A stretch of 13,892 nt of DNA, taken from Paraspadella gotoi. Taxonomy: Eukaryota > Animalia > Chaetognatha. The translations under genes were made by a program, and so were the position numbers. How positions within the stretch are numbered: the stretch's first letter is position 1; each line of letters starts with the position of its first letter. The stretch is taken from contig JBJCIZ010001547.1 in the NCBI GenBank assembly GCA_051294375.1, positions 1 through 13,892 on the forward strand, given 5' to 3'. Shown here piece after piece: positions 11,020 to 13,892 of this stretch. Under the pieces are notes generated by a model. It was not told the DNA's origin and made no database searches. It saw nothing but the letters and a program-made list of their open reading frames with translations.

Positions 11020-11435
11020 GAACGAATGAGTGATTCATTTTAAGAGAAGACGGCTTGGATAACGAAATTGAAGTGATTTCATTTTAGAGAAAACGGCTTG
11101 GATGAACGAATTGAGTGATTCATTAGATGAAAGACGGGCTTGATGAACGAATGAAGTGATTCATTTTTGAAAGACGGGCTTGATGAACGAGTGTATTATT
11201 TTAAAGAAAGACGGCTTGAGACGAATGAGGATTCATTTGTGAGAGAAAGATTGGGTTGGCATTAGCGAAATGAAGAGATTCATTTTAAGAAAGAGTTTGG
11301 ATGTACGAATGAATTGATTCATTTTAGTTAAGAACGGGCTATGTTCTATAACGAATAAAATGATTCCATTTTTAGGAAAGCGGAGTCGGAATGACGAGAA
11401 TAAAGTGATTATTCAAGAGAAATAAGGAGCTCCGG
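11020..11435. repeat. Minisatellite, ~40-bp unit, about 10 copies, inside a ZIP11 intron
   Basis: Approximate consensus gaacgaatgaagtgattcattttaagaaagacgggcttgat. Copies differ mostly by small indels and decay rightwards. Confidence 0.9.
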
Positions 11436-11969
11436 TGAAATGAAGAGAAAAAGATTCATCCAGAAGTTAAAAGGACTGGGAGATTCATCCAAAGAATGTA
11501 AGATTGCGATTGATAGAAATAGATCTGTTCTCTCGAAGAAAAAAATATCCATTTCTCTAGAGACCGAGGCTCTGTATCGAAGTGGAAAAGCTTGAAGAAT
11601 TCATAGTATTTATTGTCTCGAGAAAAAAAAACGAGGAAAATATCTATTAAAAACTAATTATTAAAGAAAATAGTAAAAAGTAAAGAAAAGATTAATTGAA
11701 TTTCGATAACCAAACCAAGGCAATTTTACATCCATTCTGATAATTCACAAGCAATCACAGAACGAAAAGTACCGAATGAGCGCATTATTTTTATTTCGAT
11801 TTTACTTAGTATTTTTTTCTTTTATGAAAGAAGAATGGAATTTTATTAACATCTACGCTGCATCACGAATTTCTTTCCGGTTCTGTTTCGTCTCTTCAAT
11901 ATTTGCTTTTAAATTCTTCTCTCTTCTCTCTCTCGTCTTCTCTGCTCTCTCTCTCTCTCTCTCTCTCAC

Positions 11970-12060
11970 CAACCTCACCACTTCCTACCCAAACGGTGGA
12001 AGCTAAGACCAAAGAGGCGCTTCTATCCGGCAGCGAGTCCAATGAATGTCAACATTTTCG
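11970..12060 (-). CDS. SLC39A11: ZIP11 coding exon 2 (frameshifted as sequenced)
   Basis: Minus strand cgaaaatgttgacattcattggactcgctgccgga...gcgcctctttggtcttagcttccaccgtt reads RKMLDISLGLAAG...AASFWSL-AP after restoring several small deletions, matching ZIP11 R(R/K)ILDxSLGFAAGVMxAASxWSLLAPA. It follows a pyrimidine tract (acceptor reads TAA rather than TAG) and has GTGAG donors after 11979 or 11970. Confidence 0.75.
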
Positions 12061-12756
12061 TTACGTGAAGAGAGGGAGAGGGGAACGGGAGGGAAGAAGA
12101 AAGAGAAAATAGAGATAGTGAAATAAAAAAAAAGAGATTAAGTAATAATAATAAAAAGATAGAGCAGAAGATGTGTGGAAATGTAAAAGTAAAATTAAAA
12201 GGAAGAGGATAAGGAGATAAAAGCAGGAGAGAGAGGAAAGAGGGAATAAAAGTAGATTAAGTGTATGAAAGAAGCGTTAAAAAAGTTGGATAGAAAAGTA
12301 AGATAAAGTTTAAAGTGTGAGGAAAAGACGAGTGGGAGGGAGAAAGAAAAAGAAAGTAGTAATTAACAGAAAGAAGAAATAAACAGAAAGAAAAAGATTA
12401 AAGAAGAGAAAAAGCAACGGATGGAGGATGTGAGGAGAAAGGTAAGAGATGAGATATGAGAGAAATGGAGGAATAAAAAGAAGGAATTAGAAACCCCCAA
12501 GGACAGAAAAATGAGTATGGAGGATTGAAGAGGATGAGGGAAATGGCCGGCAGAAGAAAAAGAGGAGAGAGGGAGAGGAGAGGGAGGGAGGAGAGAGAAA
12601 GGAGAGAGAGAGGAGTAAATTGAAGCGTTAAAATGGAGTGCGAAATCGTTTGTGACGGTTCGATGATTTTCTATCATTTTTATAAAAATTTTTTTTTCCC
12701 ACGTATTTGAAATCAGTTTGTTTTCTCCGCTTCAAAATTTAATTGGTGAAGCCGAA

Positions 12757-12870
12757 ATCTCTCTCTCTCTCTCTCCTCTCTATCTCTCCTCTCTCTCTCT
12801 CTTCTCTTTCTCGTCTTCTTCTTCCTTCTCTTTCTCTTCTTCTCTCTCTCTCTTTTTTCTTCCTCCTAGC
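12757..12870. repeat. (CT)n/pyrimidine microsatellite tract; similar CT or GA tracts at ~7440-7500, 8885-9050, 10550-10800, 11915-11967 and 12070-12615
   Basis: Directly visible low-complexity tctc/gaga runs. These generate most of the spurious L/S/F-rich ORFs in the track. Confidence 0.9.
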
Positions 12871-12893
12871 TTCCTTGTTTCCAATTCTCCCAC

Positions 12894-12998
12894 CTTACCT
12901 TTGCACACGAAGACGAAAGCGGCACCTAGCGCCGTCAAACCCCACGTGACCAAGGTAGCAAGGAACGCTTGAAGCACGGGGTGCGCGTCTCGAATCAT
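12894..12998 (-). CDS. SLC39A11: ZIP11/SLC39A11-family zinc transporter, coding exon 1
   Basis: ATG at 12998 opens MIRDAHPVLQAFLATLVTWGLTALGAAFVFVCKGK, closely resembling the ZIP11 N-terminus (..QALLGTxFTWGxTAAGAALVF..). A phase-0 donor AAG|GTGGGA after 12894 gives 35 codons and fits the next exon starting with Arg. Confidence 0.9.
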
Positions 12999-13653
12999 GA
13001 TGGGGTTCTTGGAATTTTGCTCTTGTCAGCGAAGGTGACGTTGGTTTCGATTCGACTTAATCCTTATGGTAAAAAAAAAAGTAAAATTTATGAAACAAAA
13101 AAAAACTGACGTAGTAATTAGTTGTTGTCGTTGTCTGCGATAATGGGAATAGTCAGAAACAGAATAGAACAAAATACGCAAATAATGTAAAAGGAAACAG
13201 ATATCAGAATGAAAAAAAAAATTCAAAAAACGAAACAGTGAAAAAAACAAAACAAAAAAAACAAACAAAAAAAACAAATAAGTAACGCAACGGACAATGC
13301 ACATATAGATATTGTTAAATATATTGTTAAAGTTTTTAATAAAAATCATAAAAATAAGATTTTAAGATTTATTTTACAATTAAACGCATGGAAGCTATTT
13401 TAAAAAATACGATTACTATATAATATTGTCAATTGTGGTGTAATCCTTTCGTAATGATTAGAAGAGTTTGAACTCTTTTTAACGCTGATGAAGGCTTGTA
13501 ACTGAGCCGAAACATGTCCGTTATTAATAAAAATAAATCGTTGAAAATTAATTTCAAACTCTTCTAATATTGTCCATATAATTTCAACCTATCACCTAAA
13601 ACCAATGAAAATTTTTACCGACCCCGTCCTGAGACCATATCTATTTAACTAAG

Positions 13654-13750
13654 TGTGACCGTCCTTATTCACCTCCATCTGTGACCATCCCTATTCTCCA
13701 TCTATGATCAGATTGATCACCCTGACCCACTCCCGTTTGTGACCAACTCC
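13654..13750. repeat. Degenerate ~25-bp tandem repeat
   Basis: tgtgaccgtccttattcacctccatc (13654-13679) followed by tgtgaccatccctattctccatc (13680-13702), with further partial tgacc copies. Confidence 0.6.
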
Positions 13751-13800
13751 ACTCACCCAATTCGCGTTTCCCGACTTTCGTTTTCCGCGTTTCGTTTCAG

Positions 13801-13892
13801 GTGGCGACGAAACTTTAACGACTTCCAAAACGAGAGATTCGACTTCTGTGGCGGCGGCGTCGGCGGCGGCGGCGGCGTCTGAAGCGGCGTCG
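13801..13892 (+). CDS. Probable exon of a different plus-strand gene (Ala/Ser/Thr-rich, runs off the window)
   Basis: Pyrimidine-rich tract and TTTCAG|G acceptor at 13795-13801, then an abrupt rise in GC and an open phase-1 frame (G)GDETLTTSKTRDSTSVAAASAAAAASEAAS. Confidence 0.5.

Noticed and set aside
11020-11435. CRISPR array
   Set aside because: Units are contiguous with no unique spacers, there are no cas genes, and the context is a eukaryotic intron.
6973-13349. Many L/S/F-rich or E/R/K-rich ORFs in the track
   Set aside because: They are translations of CT/GA microsatellites and poly-A/T tracts.

Overview
Eukaryotic (probably invertebrate animal) genomic DNA that carries many small indels and looks like an unpolished or single long read. 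It has two halves. (1) ~6750-13892 is microsatellite-rich host DNA holding a spliced minus-strand ZIP11/SLC39A11-family zinc transporter gene. Exon 1 is intact, later exons are recognisable only through frameshifts, and the C-terminal exons were not located. This half also has a ~40-bp intronic minisatellite and a probable plus-strand exon at the right edge. (2) ~1-6720 has no microsatellites and looks like frameshifted, intronless coding DNA. On the minus strand, ~290-4600 shows a colinear series of degenerate motifs matching the L protein of non-segmented negative-strand RNA viruses (RdRp motifs B/C, GxxT..HR..FQ PRNTase, GxGxG methyltransferase, then a stop codon and an A7 run). I call it a candidate endogenous viral element. 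It is bracketed by two related copies of an unidentified plus-strand ORF end (1-105 and 6608-6720). The viral call rests on by-eye motif reconstruction across indels and needs a frameshift-aware search.
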